Shown here: positions 1 through 7,348 of the stretch, in pieces
Position numbering within the stretch: the first letter of the stretch is position 1
Layout of the letters: each line of letters starts with the position of its first letter
Assembly (NCBI GenBank): GCA_046757445.1
Contig: JBHHYG010000001.1
Location: 1 to 46,869, forward strand
Source of the DNA: Acidobacteriota bacterium
GTDB lineage: Bacteria > Acidobacteriota > UBA890
Direction: 5' to 3'
Length of the DNA: 46,869 bases
The notes under the pieces: generated by a model
What the model was told of the DNA's origin: nothing
The model's input: only the letters and a program-made list of their open reading frames with translations
Databases searched by the model: none
Made by a program: the position numbers and the translations under genes

Positions 1-55
1 GATCCCCCACATCAAAATTCGCTCAGCGCCGTCGGCACGACGGGGGCTTTCTTTT
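1..55. repeat. Terminal direct repeat identical to 46815..46869 (contig end overlap; circular or circularly permuted genome, unique length 46814 bp)
   Basis: The first 55 nt (gatcccccacatcaaaattcgctcagcgccgtcggcacgacgggggctttctttt) recur exactly as the last 55 nt. This length is typical of an assembler k-mer overlap. Confidence 0.9.
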
Positions 56-254
56 TCTTTCCCGCAGCGGCGACGGAAGAGGCGCGGTGCTCACGCAAGA
101 GCCTTACGCTGTATGCGAGTTCCTCGTCCGTCACGCTGGCTCTGTCTTTCAGGAGCCTCTCGCGATAGCCGTTGATCTTGGCGATCATCTCCTCCGGGGT
201 GAGGTCGGCGGGATCGGGGAACTTCGTCCCGTTTGTGTCAGTTCTGTCGTTCAT
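12..254 (-). CDS. Hypothetical early protein, 80 aa, Lys-rich tail ending ALSEF
   Basis: ATG at 254 overlaps the end of the upstream gene. The TGA at 12-14 sits in a TGATG junction. No recognisable domain. Confidence 0.6.
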   Translation of the reverse strand: MNDRTDTNGTKFPDPADLTPEEMIAKINGYRERLLKDRASVTDEELAYSVRLLREHRASSVAAAGKKKKAPVVPTALSEF

Positions 255-438
255 CGTTTTCCTCCTCCTGTTGCTCTTCGGTCCATTCCTTGAGCAGGCG
301 GGATACCAATGTGCTCCGAGCCGCGTACTTGGGGCGATTGCGGACTGGGTCCCACAAGAGCAAGTCCACTTTCGCTACGAGCGAACTCGGTAGTGAGAGG
401 GTGATCTCCACAGGTGGGTCCGCGTGTTTCTCTGGCAT
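238..438 (-). CDS. Ribbon-helix-helix (CopG/Arc-like) DNA-binding protein with acidic C-terminus
   Basis: VEITLSLPSSLVAKVDLLL...RSTLVSRLLKEW fits a strand-helix-helix pattern. ATG at 438 has AGGA upstream and lies about 19 nt downstream of the predicted TSS. The ORF-track start at 453 is TTG. Confidence 0.5.
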   Translation of the reverse strand: MPEKHADPPVEITLSLPSSLVAKVDLLLWDPVRNRPKYAARSTLVSRLLKEWTEEQQEEENDERQN

Positions 439-463
439 GATGGTGTCCTGCAATGGTCATTGT

Positions 464-492
464 ATGATACCACGGGGTTTGGGAAATGTCAA
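464..492 (-). promoter_or_regulatory. Sigma70-like promoter (minus strand): TTGACA-17-TGgTATCAT
   Basis: The reverse complement reads TTGACAtttcccaaaccccgtggTATCAT. The -35 overlaps the stop codon of 489..860. The element shares the aaccccgtggta spacer with the promoters at 7256..7285 and 8890..8917. Confidence 0.55.
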
Positions 493-860
493 TACAAATC
501 TTTCAGCTTGCGTCGCGCCTTGAGCGCAGCGATGCGTCGGGCGAGAGCCTCGGTTTTCGCAAAGCCGTATGTCTCTATGCCGTCAGCTTCATTAACCGCC
601 CGCCAAATGCCCTTCTCTCTGTCATAAATACAGGCCAAGGTGATGTTCTCTCCCGGCAGTGCAGCGTCAAGACTGGTGGTGTAGAAAGGAAATCCGGTGG
701 CGACCTGCCCAGCACCGTCTCTATGATTGTAGAATAGCTGAATAGTCGATCCTATCTGCACTCGGTTAAAGACGAAGTTGTACCGCCAGCAGAACATGCG
801 GCCATCCAACTCCCGGCTCCCTTTCTCTGCCGCTTCAAGGCGTGCGGTCAAATCGTCCAT
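489..860 (-). CDS. Hypothetical early protein, 123 aa, paralog of the N-terminal module of 1264..1839
   Basis: Shares LEAAE[KR]GSRE[LF]D, YTTSLDAALPGENI and TEALARRIAALKARR with 1264..1839. The ATG directly abuts the upstream stop. Confidence 0.7.
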   Translation of the reverse strand: MDDLTARLEAAEKGSRELDGRMFCWRYNFVFNRVQIGSTIQLFYNHRDGAGQVATGFPFYTTSLDAALPGENITLACIYDREKGIWRAVNEADGIETYGFAKTEALARRIAALKARRKLKDLY

Positions 861-1247
861 CTACTTCTCCTCTCGATCGAAGTACGCTTGCAGGGCCTTT
901 TGTCCCCTACGCTTCGGAACGGGGGCGGACGCCTCTGCCTTGACCGGCGGCGCAGGGGGGGCCGTGACTTCGACTCCGGCGCGGCGGAGGTCAGGGAGGA
1001 AGTCGTCGTCTGCGGGCTTGGCGACGAGCGCGGCGGTCCCGTCGGGGAGCCGCTCGAGGCCAAGCTGTACTCCGTTTGCCACAGTAGCAAACGGATGGTC
1101 CTCGCGTCGAAGCTCCTTGCGTAGGTTGTTGAGGCGGAAGCGTAGGCGTGCGGCGCTGCGCGGATCGGGCAGCTGGATGCGGATCAGTTTCTGCGCGCCG
1201 GCCTTGAATAGCTCCAGCAGTTCGGGGGCGTAGCTACTTACGGGCAT
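861..1247 (-). CDS. Hypothetical early protein, 128 aa, N-terminal module similar to 46432..46740
   Basis: GGAGGAG SD upstream of the ATG at 1247. ELLELFKAGAQKLIRIQLPDPRSAARLRFRLNNLRKEL parallels EYAELFRRAWKGRVEIELASAGRARSLRDRLYAFRAAL. Confidence 0.7.
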   Translation of the reverse strand: MPVSSYAPELLELFKAGAQKLIRIQLPDPRSAARLRFRLNNLRKELRREDHPFATVANGVQLGLERLPDGTAALVAKPADDDFLPDLRRAGVEVTAPPAPPVKAEASAPVPKRRGQKALQAYFDREEK

Positions 1248-1263
1248 CGACGGTCTCCTCCGC

Positions 1264-1839
1264 TTAGGGTTTGTCCTTGAGCTTCCTGATGGCTTCGATC
1301 TTCTCGGCGTGGGAACAACTGAGGGCTATGACGCCTCCCGCTTCCATCAGCGCTTCGTTGCGCGCTTTGCGGATTACGGCAGCAATTTCTTGCTCGGCTA
1401 TCCTTCTCGAAAACTTTCCTGTTAGCCCTAGATGCCTCAAAGCAACAAGTGCCCATTCGTCTGCACTTTTCATACAGCTTCTCCTTTCCTTCATCTCGCG
1501 CCGCGCCTTGAGGGCGGCAATGCGTCGAGCGAGGGCTTCAGTGTGAGCGTTGCCAAATGTCTGCGCTTGCGTGTGTTTGTCAAGGTTCGTTGCAGCCCAG
1601 CCATGTTCACTCTTAGTAGTCGATACGATGTTTTCTCCCGGCAGCGCGGCGTCGAGGCTGGTGGTGTATTTAGGCGGATTACAGTGCAGAGTTCCGTCCG
1701 CCCACTTCCATAAAACATCCGATCCTTTAAGCTTTACTTGCTTAGCAACACCCAATAAGGCCGTGATTTTCTCGTCAAACTCCCGGCTTCCTCTCTCTGC
1801 CGCTTCAAGTTGCACGATCAAATCGTCGATCTCAGTCAT
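1264..1839 (-). CDS. Hypothetical early protein, 191 aa, apparent fusion of two modules
   Basis: Start chosen at ATG 1839 (MTEIDD...), 8 nt into the upstream gene; the track ORF extends to 1998. Residues 1-120 resemble 489..860. The C-terminal 69 aa (MKSADEWALVAL...) resemble the N-terminus of 1832..2044 and keep an in-frame AAGGAG+ATG at 1473. Confidence 0.6.
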   Translation of the reverse strand: MTEIDDLIVQLEAAERGSREFDEKITALLGVAKQVKLKGSDVLWKWADGTLHCNPPKYTTSLDAALPGENIVSTTKSEHGWAATNLDKHTQAQTFGNAHTEALARRIAALKARREMKERRSCMKSADEWALVALRHLGLTGKFSRRIAEQEIAAVIRKARNEALMEAGGVIALSCSHAEKIEAIRKLKDKP

Positions 1840-2044
1840 GGGCTTCTTCCCACGGCTGATATTCATGAGCGTAGGCTTTTGCATATTTGGGCACCCATTT
1901 AAGTTCTTCGCGGTGACACTTTCTGCATTCGCGCGTGGGTGTTTCAGAGATGCTAAGGTCATCCTGCCGAATAGGGCGCCGACTGTATTTCCAATCATGG
2001 ACGCAGTTTAAAGCTTCACGCGCCCATTCATCTGTGCTTCTCAT
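1832..2044 (-). CDS. Hypothetical small Cys/His-containing protein, 70 aa
   Basis: ATG at 2044. Contains C..H...C..C residues. The N-terminus MRSTDEWAREAL resembles an internal segment of 1264..1839. Confidence 0.5.
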   Translation of the reverse strand: MRSTDEWAREALNCVHDWKYSRRPIRQDDLSISETPTRECRKCHREELKWVPKYAKAYAHEYQPWEEAHD

Positions 2045-2372
2045 CTGTCTCCTCCTCGGCCTTGGCGATCATGGCTTTATAAGCCCTGCGACGAGCTCTG
2101 GTTGTTTCAAAGGACAGAAACGGACCATAGAGAAGCCCGAGCAATTCTCCGCTTGGCTCCCCCGGCACGATCACCAGCCCCGCCTTGTAGAGTGCTTGCT
2201 TGTGTGCGGCGATAGCGGCATTGGCCTTATCTAGCGCCTCTCCCCTCTGATTTGCATATGATCGGCGTAGGTGTGGTGGCACCGTATCTTGCGATCCCCA
2301 TTGAGCATAAGGATCAATTGCCCGCGCTACGACCTCTCGTATTTCGTCGTGTGGGTTAGTAGCGTCAGTCAT
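2028..2372 (-). CDS. Hypothetical early protein, 114 aa
   Basis: ATG at 2372, tightly packed in the operon. No recognised motif. Confidence 0.65.
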   Translation of the reverse strand: MTDATNPHDEIREVVARAIDPYAQWGSQDTVPPHLRRSYANQRGEALDKANAAIAAHKQALYKAGLVIVPGEPSGELLGLLYGPFLSFETTRARRRAYKAMIAKAEEETDEKHR

Positions 2373-2374
2373 TT

Positions 2375-2665
2375 TCAGCCCTCCTCTGGCTCCGGCGCGG
2401 CGGCGAGCGCCGCATCGACAATCTGAATAACTTGGATGCCAACAAGATTCGGACAGGTCTTAATCCCGGCCAGCACCATTTCTTGTGTCATAGCTATTGG
2501 CACCACCTTCCACCCCGCCGGCACCCGCTTGAGATCGGGGCGGGCGGCGAGGTACTCGTCGATGGCAACCTCGACCCTCCTCGGTGTGGAGAATGGAGGC
2601 TCGTCAGGGCAATCGAAGAACGCATCAATCGCCGCGCGGAGAGCCTTCTCGTGTGCGTCAGCCAT
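2375..2665 (-). CDS. Hypothetical early protein, 96 aa
   Basis: ATG at 2665 overlaps the upstream stop. No recognised motif. Confidence 0.65.
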   Translation of the reverse strand: MADAHEKALRAAIDAFFDCPDEPPFSTPRRVEVAIDEYLAARPDLKRVPAGWKVVPIAMTQEMVLAGIKTCPNLVGIQVIQIVDAALAAAPEPEEG

Positions 2666-2864
2666 GGCCCGTCTCCCCCGTAGGGCCTGGCACGGGGGGC
2701 AGATCCCTCCGCACGTATCCGACCGAGAGCTTTTGCTCTAGCCGGGCGAAGGCGGTGGCGAGGGTCTCGATCATGTAGTTAAGGTCTTCGCGCTTCTTGT
2801 CGCGGATAGAGGCCTCGCGCGCCAAGGCGACAACCTCGTGCGTTCGCAGTTCGAGAGGGGTCAT
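2658..2864 (-). CDS. Hypothetical early protein, 68 aa
   Basis: Start set at ATG 2864, which forms an ATGA overlap with the stop of 2861..3061. The track ORF begins further upstream. Confidence 0.5.
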   Translation of the reverse strand: MTPLELRTHEVVALAREASIRDKKREDLNYMIETLATAFARLEQKLSVGYVRRDLPPVPGPTGETGHG

Positions 2865-3061
2865 TTGGGGTCTCTCCCCAGTTGGTTCCGCATGGTGACT
2901 GCGAGTGTCTTCAATACCCAATCGCGCAGTCCCTCGAACTCGGAGTTGTGGTCGTCGCCCTCGTCGAGTTCAACGGAGGCTTCGAGGTCGAACTTGCGGC
3001 TTGAGTAGTTGCCCGTGTTGATGGTCGCTCCGTGAGCGAAGCGGATGGTTTTGATCTTCAT
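2861..3061 (-). CDS. Hypothetical early protein, 66 aa
   Basis: ATGA-type coupling at both ends. Confidence 0.55.
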   Translation of the reverse strand: MKIKTIRFAHGATINTGNYSSRKFDLEASVELDEGDDHNSEFEGLRDWVLKTLAVTMRNQLGRDPK

Positions 3062-3282
3062 ATTGACCTCCTGTAGCGTCGATACTCCTCGAAGTTGGTG
3101 CGGAGAAAGTCGGTGACTCGGTCCAGGTCATTACCGCTCCGCAGGAAGAACTGCACCTTGCTCGGCGGGGGGCCGGAGACGGCCACGATCTCGCCGACCG
3201 TCAAGACGAGGCCATTGGGGCTAGGTTCCGCCTCCATATAGATCTCGATGCCTTCGAAAATGCCTAGTGTGATCTCGTTCAT
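3058..3282 (-). CDS. Hypothetical early protein, 74 aa
   Basis: ATGA coupling to both neighbours. Confidence 0.6.
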   Translation of the reverse strand: MNEITLGIFEGIEIYMEAEPSPNGLVLTVGEIVAVSGPPPSKVQFFLRSGNDLDRVTDFLRTNFEEYRRYRRSI

Positions 3283-3464
3283 CTCCTTAGACTCCTGTCT
3301 GCCCAGCGCTCGGATGCGAGGTCGCGGGCAAATTCTTCGGCGTCAGCTTCGCTTGAGAAGGGGCCTGCACAGTAGGAGATCGTTTCGTTGTCCCACACGA
3401 AGACGCCACGCGGAGTCTGCTCGACCTCGAAATCTTCGAGGTAGGGGTTCTCGAAGGTGGTCAT
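3279..3464 (-). CDS. Hypothetical acidic early protein, 61 aa
   Basis: GAGGAG SD upstream of the ATG at 3464. Confidence 0.55.
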   Translation of the reverse strand: MTTFENPYLEDFEVEQTPRGVFVWDNETISYCAGPFSSEADAEEFARDLASERWADRSLRR

Positions 3465-3476
3465 GGATTGTGCTCC

Positions 3477-3782
3477 TCAGAAGGGTATCTCGTCGTAGCC
3501 GATCGCTTTGGGCTCGTGCTGCTTCTTCCAGCCCATGCGGCGAAGGTACTCTTCCACTACGGGGTCGGGGGCGGAACCAGTTACCTTTTTGTCGTCATAG
3601 CTGGAAGCGCCGAGGGTGTAAGCGATCTTCACGTCGCCCTCTTGTATTCTGCCCGAGCAGGCCACTCCGAAGTGGAACTCGGTGCCTTCGTCGGCGCCAC
3701 GAAGGGCCTCGCGGACCTTCTTCATCTGGCGCTTGACTGCGCCCTCGAAGGATACGATGGCGATAGTGTGCTCGTCGGTCAT
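3477..3782 (-). CDS. Hypothetical early protein, 101 aa, with SSB-like C-terminal tip ...GYDEIPF
   Basis: The last codons read gac gag ata ccc ttc tga (D-E-I-P-F-stop); compare the bacterial SSB tip DDDIPF. The body does not look like a canonical OB-fold SSB by eye. Confidence 0.65.
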   Translation of the reverse strand: MTDEHTIAIVSFEGAVKRQMKKVREALRGADEGTEFHFGVACSGRIQEGDVKIAYTLGASSYDDKKVTGSAPDPVVEEYLRRMGWKKQHEPKAIGYDEIPF

Positions 3783-3979
3783 GGTTTGTCTCCTGGTTCT
3801 GGAGTTGTGATCTTAGGCATCCCCGCTCCGTAAGGCCCCCAGGCGGTCACCTCCTGGAGGATTACACCTGCGTCGTTGAGGAAAGTAAGCGTGAGCCACT
3901 GACTGCCAGTCGCGCCAGTGCTTCGCTCCATTTTGACTTCAGCGACGTTGCTGATGTTGACTTCTACCTCGAGAGCCAT
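3779..3979 (-). CDS. Hypothetical early protein, 66 aa
   Basis: Start set at ATG 3979, with a GGAGG SD. The track ORF extends upstream into the preceding gene. Confidence 0.5.
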   Translation of the reverse strand: MALEVEVNISNVAEVKMERSTGATGSQWLTLTFLNDAGVILQEVTAWGPYGAGMPKITTPEPGDKP

Positions 3980-3980
3980 C

Positions 3981-4382
3981 TCAGACCTCCAAGTCCTTGA
4001 TCTCGACCTCAAGCGCCTTTGCCACTGTAGCGAAAGCTGCAGCTTTGTCGCTTCGGACGCTGACGATGAACAGCCGTCTGGGGTTGCCGAGGCGCTGGCC
4101 GGTGCGCCCGACAAGGGCCTCGCAGGACAGCGCCAGGGGCGCGGGCATGTTGCCCTTGGCGAGCCAGCCGTGGAAAGTAGTGACAGGGACTCTGAGTGCG
4201 GTGGCCAGCTCGACTTTGTTGAGCTTGAGCTTTGCCATCGTGTCCCTGAGGATTTGCGCCGGGGCGCGCTTGTAAGTGCGTTCTGTAGGGAGTTTAGTCA
4301 CGTTGTCCTCCTTTGGGGTACTAGATGCCTCCATGAGATCGTTGTAGATTGCCTTTGCTTCGGGTGTCATGTGCTGGTTCAT
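3981..4382 (-). CDS. Helix-turn-helix DNA-binding protein, 133 aa
   Basis: LNKVELATALRVPVTTFHGWLAKGNMP is a typical HTH segment. Confidence 0.55.
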   Translation of the reverse strand: MNQHMTPEAKAIYNDLMEASSTPKEDNVTKLPTERTYKRAPAQILRDTMAKLKLNKVELATALRVPVTTFHGWLAKGNMPAPLALSCEALVGRTGQRLGNPRRLFIVSVRSDKAAAFATVAKALEVEIKDLEV

Positions 4383-4384
4383 AG

Positions 4385-4633
4385 CTAGTCCTCCTTTGGG
4401 TTTCCATATATCGCCCCGCCCAGTTCGCTGAGGAACTCCGGGGGCTTGATTTCTTTGATTGCTTCGTCTAGCTTGCCCATGAGGAGCAGGGCGCCCCAGG
4501 GGCCAGTTTGCAGTATTCGACCCTTCACTTCCTCTTCGTGCGAGAGGATTGTCATTACGCCATCTTCAATGGCGATGAGGCCCTGCGCTTCGAGGGACTG
4601 AAGCTCCTCGGTTAGGCGGCGTAGCTTGCTCAT
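4385..4633 (-). CDS. Hypothetical early protein, 82 aa
   Basis: ATGA coupling. No recognised motif. Confidence 0.6.
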   Translation of the reverse strand: MSKLRRLTEELQSLEAQGLIAIEDGVMTILSHEEEVKGRILQTGPWGALLLMGKLDEAIKEIKPPEFLSELGGAIYGNPKED

Positions 4634-4989
4634 CGCACAGCCTCCTTCGTGGATTGGAGCACCACGACAATATTGTGGAAGCGTAAGCGCGCTTCGATCG
4701 CCCGTAGCTGTAGGGCCTTGACCTCGGCGAAGGTGCGCTCAGGGGCATCGTTCCATCTCGTCGCAGCGAGGTAGCTTGTAAATCCTGCGCTTTCGAGGAA
4801 GAATTTGTGGGTGGGACTTAACTCGCCGCCCCCCGCTTCGTCGTCGAGGGCCAGCATCACACACCGGGGGGCCTTCCCGTCGCCGTTAAAGCCTCCGCTC
4901 TGCCACCATTCAGCCTTGTTCGGAAGGCGACGCTCGGCACCGATGAGGTTGTCGAGTATAGGGTCGTTGAGATAGCTGTAGTCTTGCAT
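4630..4989 (-). CDS. Hypothetical protein, 119 aa (W-Q-x-G...C...WND...R-T-x-x-EV pattern)
   Basis: WWQSGGF...CVMLAL...TRWNDAPERTFAEVKAL resembles, from memory, a small conserved phage/actinobacterial family (possibly DUF6197). Not verified. Confidence 0.6.
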   Translation of the reverse strand: MQDYSYLNDPILDNLIGAERRLPNKAEWWQSGGFNGDGKAPRCVMLALDDEAGGGELSPTHKFFLESAGFTSYLAATRWNDAPERTFAEVKALQLRAIEARLRFHNIVVVLQSTKEAVR

Positions 4990-4994
4990 TGGAG

Positions 4995-5399
4995 TTACTC
5001 CTCTATGAAGCCGTCTGGATAGATAATGCGGACAGGCTTGCCTGTCTTGCGAGCGTAGCGGATCGTGGCCCAGGTGCCAGAGCGGAGTTGCTCTCTCCGT
5101 TCATAGGGACACGCGAGCAGCTCGTCGCACTCATCCACGATGGCACGGTTGCGCTCGAGGTAAGGGAGCGCGGGGAGAGTTTCGTCGCCCTTGCAGAAGG
5201 CTCGCTTGATCCGTTTTAGTGGGGGGTGGACGATGATCTTGAATTTGAAGCCTCTGCAGATGCCGTGGAACTCGGCATCTGCACCTATGCAGTCGCCGTG
5301 GTGGCACTCCTCCGGGGCGAGGCCGTGGACATACGCCCGCACCTTGCTCCATTGGAAGCTGTCGAGCCCGCGTTGGGTGCCTGTGAAACCGAGTTTCAT
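4995..5399 (-). CDS. SLOG/DprA-like Rossmann-fold protein (DUF2493-like), 134 aa
   Basis: Start at ATG 5399 (ATGA overlap). Motifs: GFTGTQRG...HGDCIGAD...RNRAIVDECDELLACP...SGTWATIRYA. Family assignment is tentative. Confidence 0.55.
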   Translation of the reverse strand: MKLGFTGTQRGLDSFQWSKVRAYVHGLAPEECHHGDCIGADAEFHGICRGFKFKIIVHPPLKRIKRAFCKGDETLPALPYLERNRAIVDECDELLACPYERREQLRSGTWATIRYARKTGKPVRIIYPDGFIEE

Positions 5400-5590
5400 T
5401 TGGTCATCTCCTGGTGGAAGGCCCTTGCGATATGTCCTGCTATCGACTCCCAAAACCTCCAGCTGAACTTCTGTTCGTCGTAGCCTCGCACTTCCACCTC
5501 AAAGGTTTTGTCGGGCAGCACCTTCCTGATCCGGTCAAGGTCGAAGCTGTCCGGCAATAGGACGGAGAACACTGTGAACTCCATGCCCAT
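5396..5590 (-). CDS. Hypothetical early protein, 64 aa
   Basis: ATG at 5590 in a TGATG junction. The track start at 5593 is GTG. Confidence 0.55.
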   Translation of the reverse strand: MGMEFTVFSVLLPDSFDLDRIRKVLPDKTFEVEVRGYDEQKFSWRFWESIAGHIARAFHQEMTK

Positions 5591-5660
5591 CACCGCGTCT
5601 CCGCGCTTCGCAGCTTGCGGCGCTGGCGCTCCAGGCGAGCAGTTTCCGGGCGTAGTTTGC

Positions 5661-5807
5661 TCATCGCTCTATCCTCAGCTTTACGGCTATGTGGCTTCCT
5701 TTGTCCTCTTCCTTCACGATCTTGGCAGGGTAGGTTCCCGGCTTTAGAGGACGTAGCCGCCAGAACCTCCTGACGATTTGGTAGACGATTGGCTTGTAGT
5801 TCTTCAT
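5661..5807 (-). CDS. Small basic ORF, 48 aa (not in the ORF track)
   Basis: My translation: MKNYKPIVYQIVRRFWRLRPLKPGTYPAKIVKEEDKGSHIAVKLRIER. GAGGAG SD 9 nt upstream. It fills an otherwise empty gap, and its stop forms an ATGA junction with a further 24-codon ORF (5590..5664). Confidence 0.35.
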   Translation of the reverse strand: MKNYKPIVYQIVRRFWRLRPLKPGTYPAKIVKEEDKGSHIAVKLRIER

Positions 5808-5872
5808 GGCCGGTGCTCCTCGAGGCTGCTCACGCGCTCTACCATCTTCGCGTGGCCGGCCTCGGCTTCGTC

Positions 5873-6121
5873 CTAGGTGGAGTAGCGTTCCCCTTCGCCG
5901 TCTAGCGAGCCGCCGAACACAAGCGTCTCGAACAGTATCGAGGGACCATCACCGAGCTGGTGATCCATTCCGAGGAATATCGTTGAGACTACGGCTTCGC
6001 CGATCTCGTCTCGAGCGACCCTGCAGGCACCTCGATTAGCTTCGAACCACTCAGCCCACTTTATCAGATCGGGCTCGAGGATGGACGTCCTGCCGTCGAG
6101 AATGTACTTGTCGGTGCTCAT
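5873..6121 (-). CDS. Hypothetical early protein, 82 aa
   Basis: ATG at 6121 in the junction GAATTTTGATG. The track start at 6124 is TTG. Contains VSTIFLGMDH...LFETLVFGG. Confidence 0.6.
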   Translation of the reverse strand: MSTDKYILDGRTSILEPDLIKWAEWFEANRGACRVARDEIGEAVVSTIFLGMDHQLGDGPSILFETLVFGGSLDGEGERYST

Positions 6122-6597
6122 CAAAATTCACTCAATGGGGTGAAGATGGGGGCGATCTTGGCCATTTTGCGCTCCGCTATCGGTGGCGGTTTGGGCTTGG
6201 GGAACAGTTCGCCCTGTCCGTTGGGCAGGTATTTGCGGAAGCATCGCTCGCACGCGCTTGCGCGGGTGTCGATGTGGACGATCTCGTGCGGGATGTCGTA
6301 GGGGAGGATTGTTTCGGGCGCGAGCTTGTCCATTCGCATCTGGCGGAAGCGCGTGAAGGTGCGTTTGCGGCGCCGGGTCATGAGGGCGGGGTTGGGGACG
6401 CTGTGCGTGCGTCCGCACTTGCACCTTCTCCGCTCTACTAGGAGTACTATGGCTTCGAGTTCCCAGGCCTCCTCGTCCGGGGCCTCTGCGCGTGTGCGCG
6501 TGTCGGCGCTAGGGGGGTTTGGCATGGTGCTCTCCAGGAGTTGGATGATTGAAGGTTCCTCCCGGAGTTTTCCGTTTGTCTGCTGTGAGGTATTCAT
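6121..6597 (-). CDS. Zinc-ribbon-like early protein, 158 aa, ending PLSEF
   Basis: Start at ATG 6597 (ATGA overlap). Contains CKCG...(about 60 aa)...CERC. The C-terminus ...TPLSEF matches the tail of 12..254. Confidence 0.6.
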   Translation of the reverse strand: MNTSQQTNGKLREEPSIIQLLESTMPNPPSADTRTRAEAPDEEAWELEAIVLLVERRRCKCGRTHSVPNPALMTRRRKRTFTRFRQMRMDKLAPETILPYDIPHEIVHIDTRASACERCFRKYLPNGQGELFPKPKPPPIAERKMAKIAPIFTPLSEF

Positions 6598-6788
6598 GAC
6601 CGTATTCCGATCCAGACTGCGTGCATCCCCTTGACGAAGGCGGCGCACTCGTCGAGGGTTGTAGGGCCGTGCAGAAGAGGGCTGGGCGCGCCAGTCTGGC
6701 GGTTCATTACCAGCCAGCCGGCAAGTTCGCCCTCGACGAAAGCGGGCTCGATTGATATGTCAGTTGTAGGGTCGATCAGGTCTGTCAT
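6594..6788 (-). CDS. Hypothetical early protein, 64 aa
   Basis: ATG at 6788 in a TGATG junction. Confidence 0.55.
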   Translation of the reverse strand: MTDLIDPTTDISIEPAFVEGELAGWLVMNRQTGAPSPLLHGPTTLDECAAFVKGMHAVWIGIRS

Positions 6789-6976
6789 CACTCAGTCTCC
6801 ACGGTAACAGTGAGGGCCTGCGGGACGACGTCGGCGCCGAGGGCCTTCTTGCGAATGTACAGCGTTCCGATCACTACGGCATCAAAGTCCTTGACGATCC
6901 CGTCCTCGTCGATTTCGGCGTAGCGGATGGCGCCTTTGGTCTCGCGGTCAATTACGAATTTTGCCGTAAGGGTCAT
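6788..6976 (-). CDS. Hypothetical early protein, 62 aa
   Basis: Start at ATG 6976 (MTLTAKF...), with a GGAGG SD. The track ORF extends upstream over the neighbouring gene. Confidence 0.55.
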   Translation of the reverse strand: MTLTAKFVIDRETKGAIRYAEIDEDGIVKDFDAVVIGTLYIRKKALGADVVPQALTVTVETE

Positions 6977-6978
6977 TG

Positions 6979-7200
6979 CTAAAACCTCCATGTTGGGTGT
7001 GCGCTTTTGCGCAGCATCCGGTTTTTTGCTCGTTGCCACCCGGAGGTGACGCCTGCTAGGGAAATCCACACGCCGAACTGCTCGTGGATGGCGCGGCGGC
7101 ATTTAGTTTTGGCCGCCGTCGAGAGGCGGGTGGGCGCGCCTCGGCAAATGAAATATGCCTCAGCTACCGCCCTTTCCTGATCGAATAGAGTAGGGGTCAT
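6979..7200 (-). CDS. First ORF of the main early operon, 73 aa, hypothetical
   Basis: ATG at 7200, about 49 nt downstream of the predicted TSS, with GGAG upstream. Confidence 0.5.
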   Translation of the reverse strand: MTPTLFDQERAVAEAYFICRGAPTRLSTAAKTKCRRAIHEQFGVWISLAGVTSGWQRAKNRMLRKSAHPTWRF

Positions 7201-7255
7201 TGTTTGTGCTCCGTGGTTGGTGCTCGATCATGGTTTCATTGCCATTGTACGCGGG

Positions 7256-7285
7256 ATTGTACCACGGGGTTTGCCGATTTGTCAA
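7256..7285 (-). promoter_or_regulatory. Sigma70-like early promoter: TTGACA-18-TGgTACAAT
   Basis: The reverse complement reads TTGACAaatcggcaaaccccgtggTACAAT. It lies directly upstream of the leftward early operon. Confidence 0.55.
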
Positions 7286-7348
7286 CATAAATCGTCAAGC
7301 AAATCGAATTAGTTTCGTTCGTGCTCGGGTGGGCGGCGGGGGTTCAGT

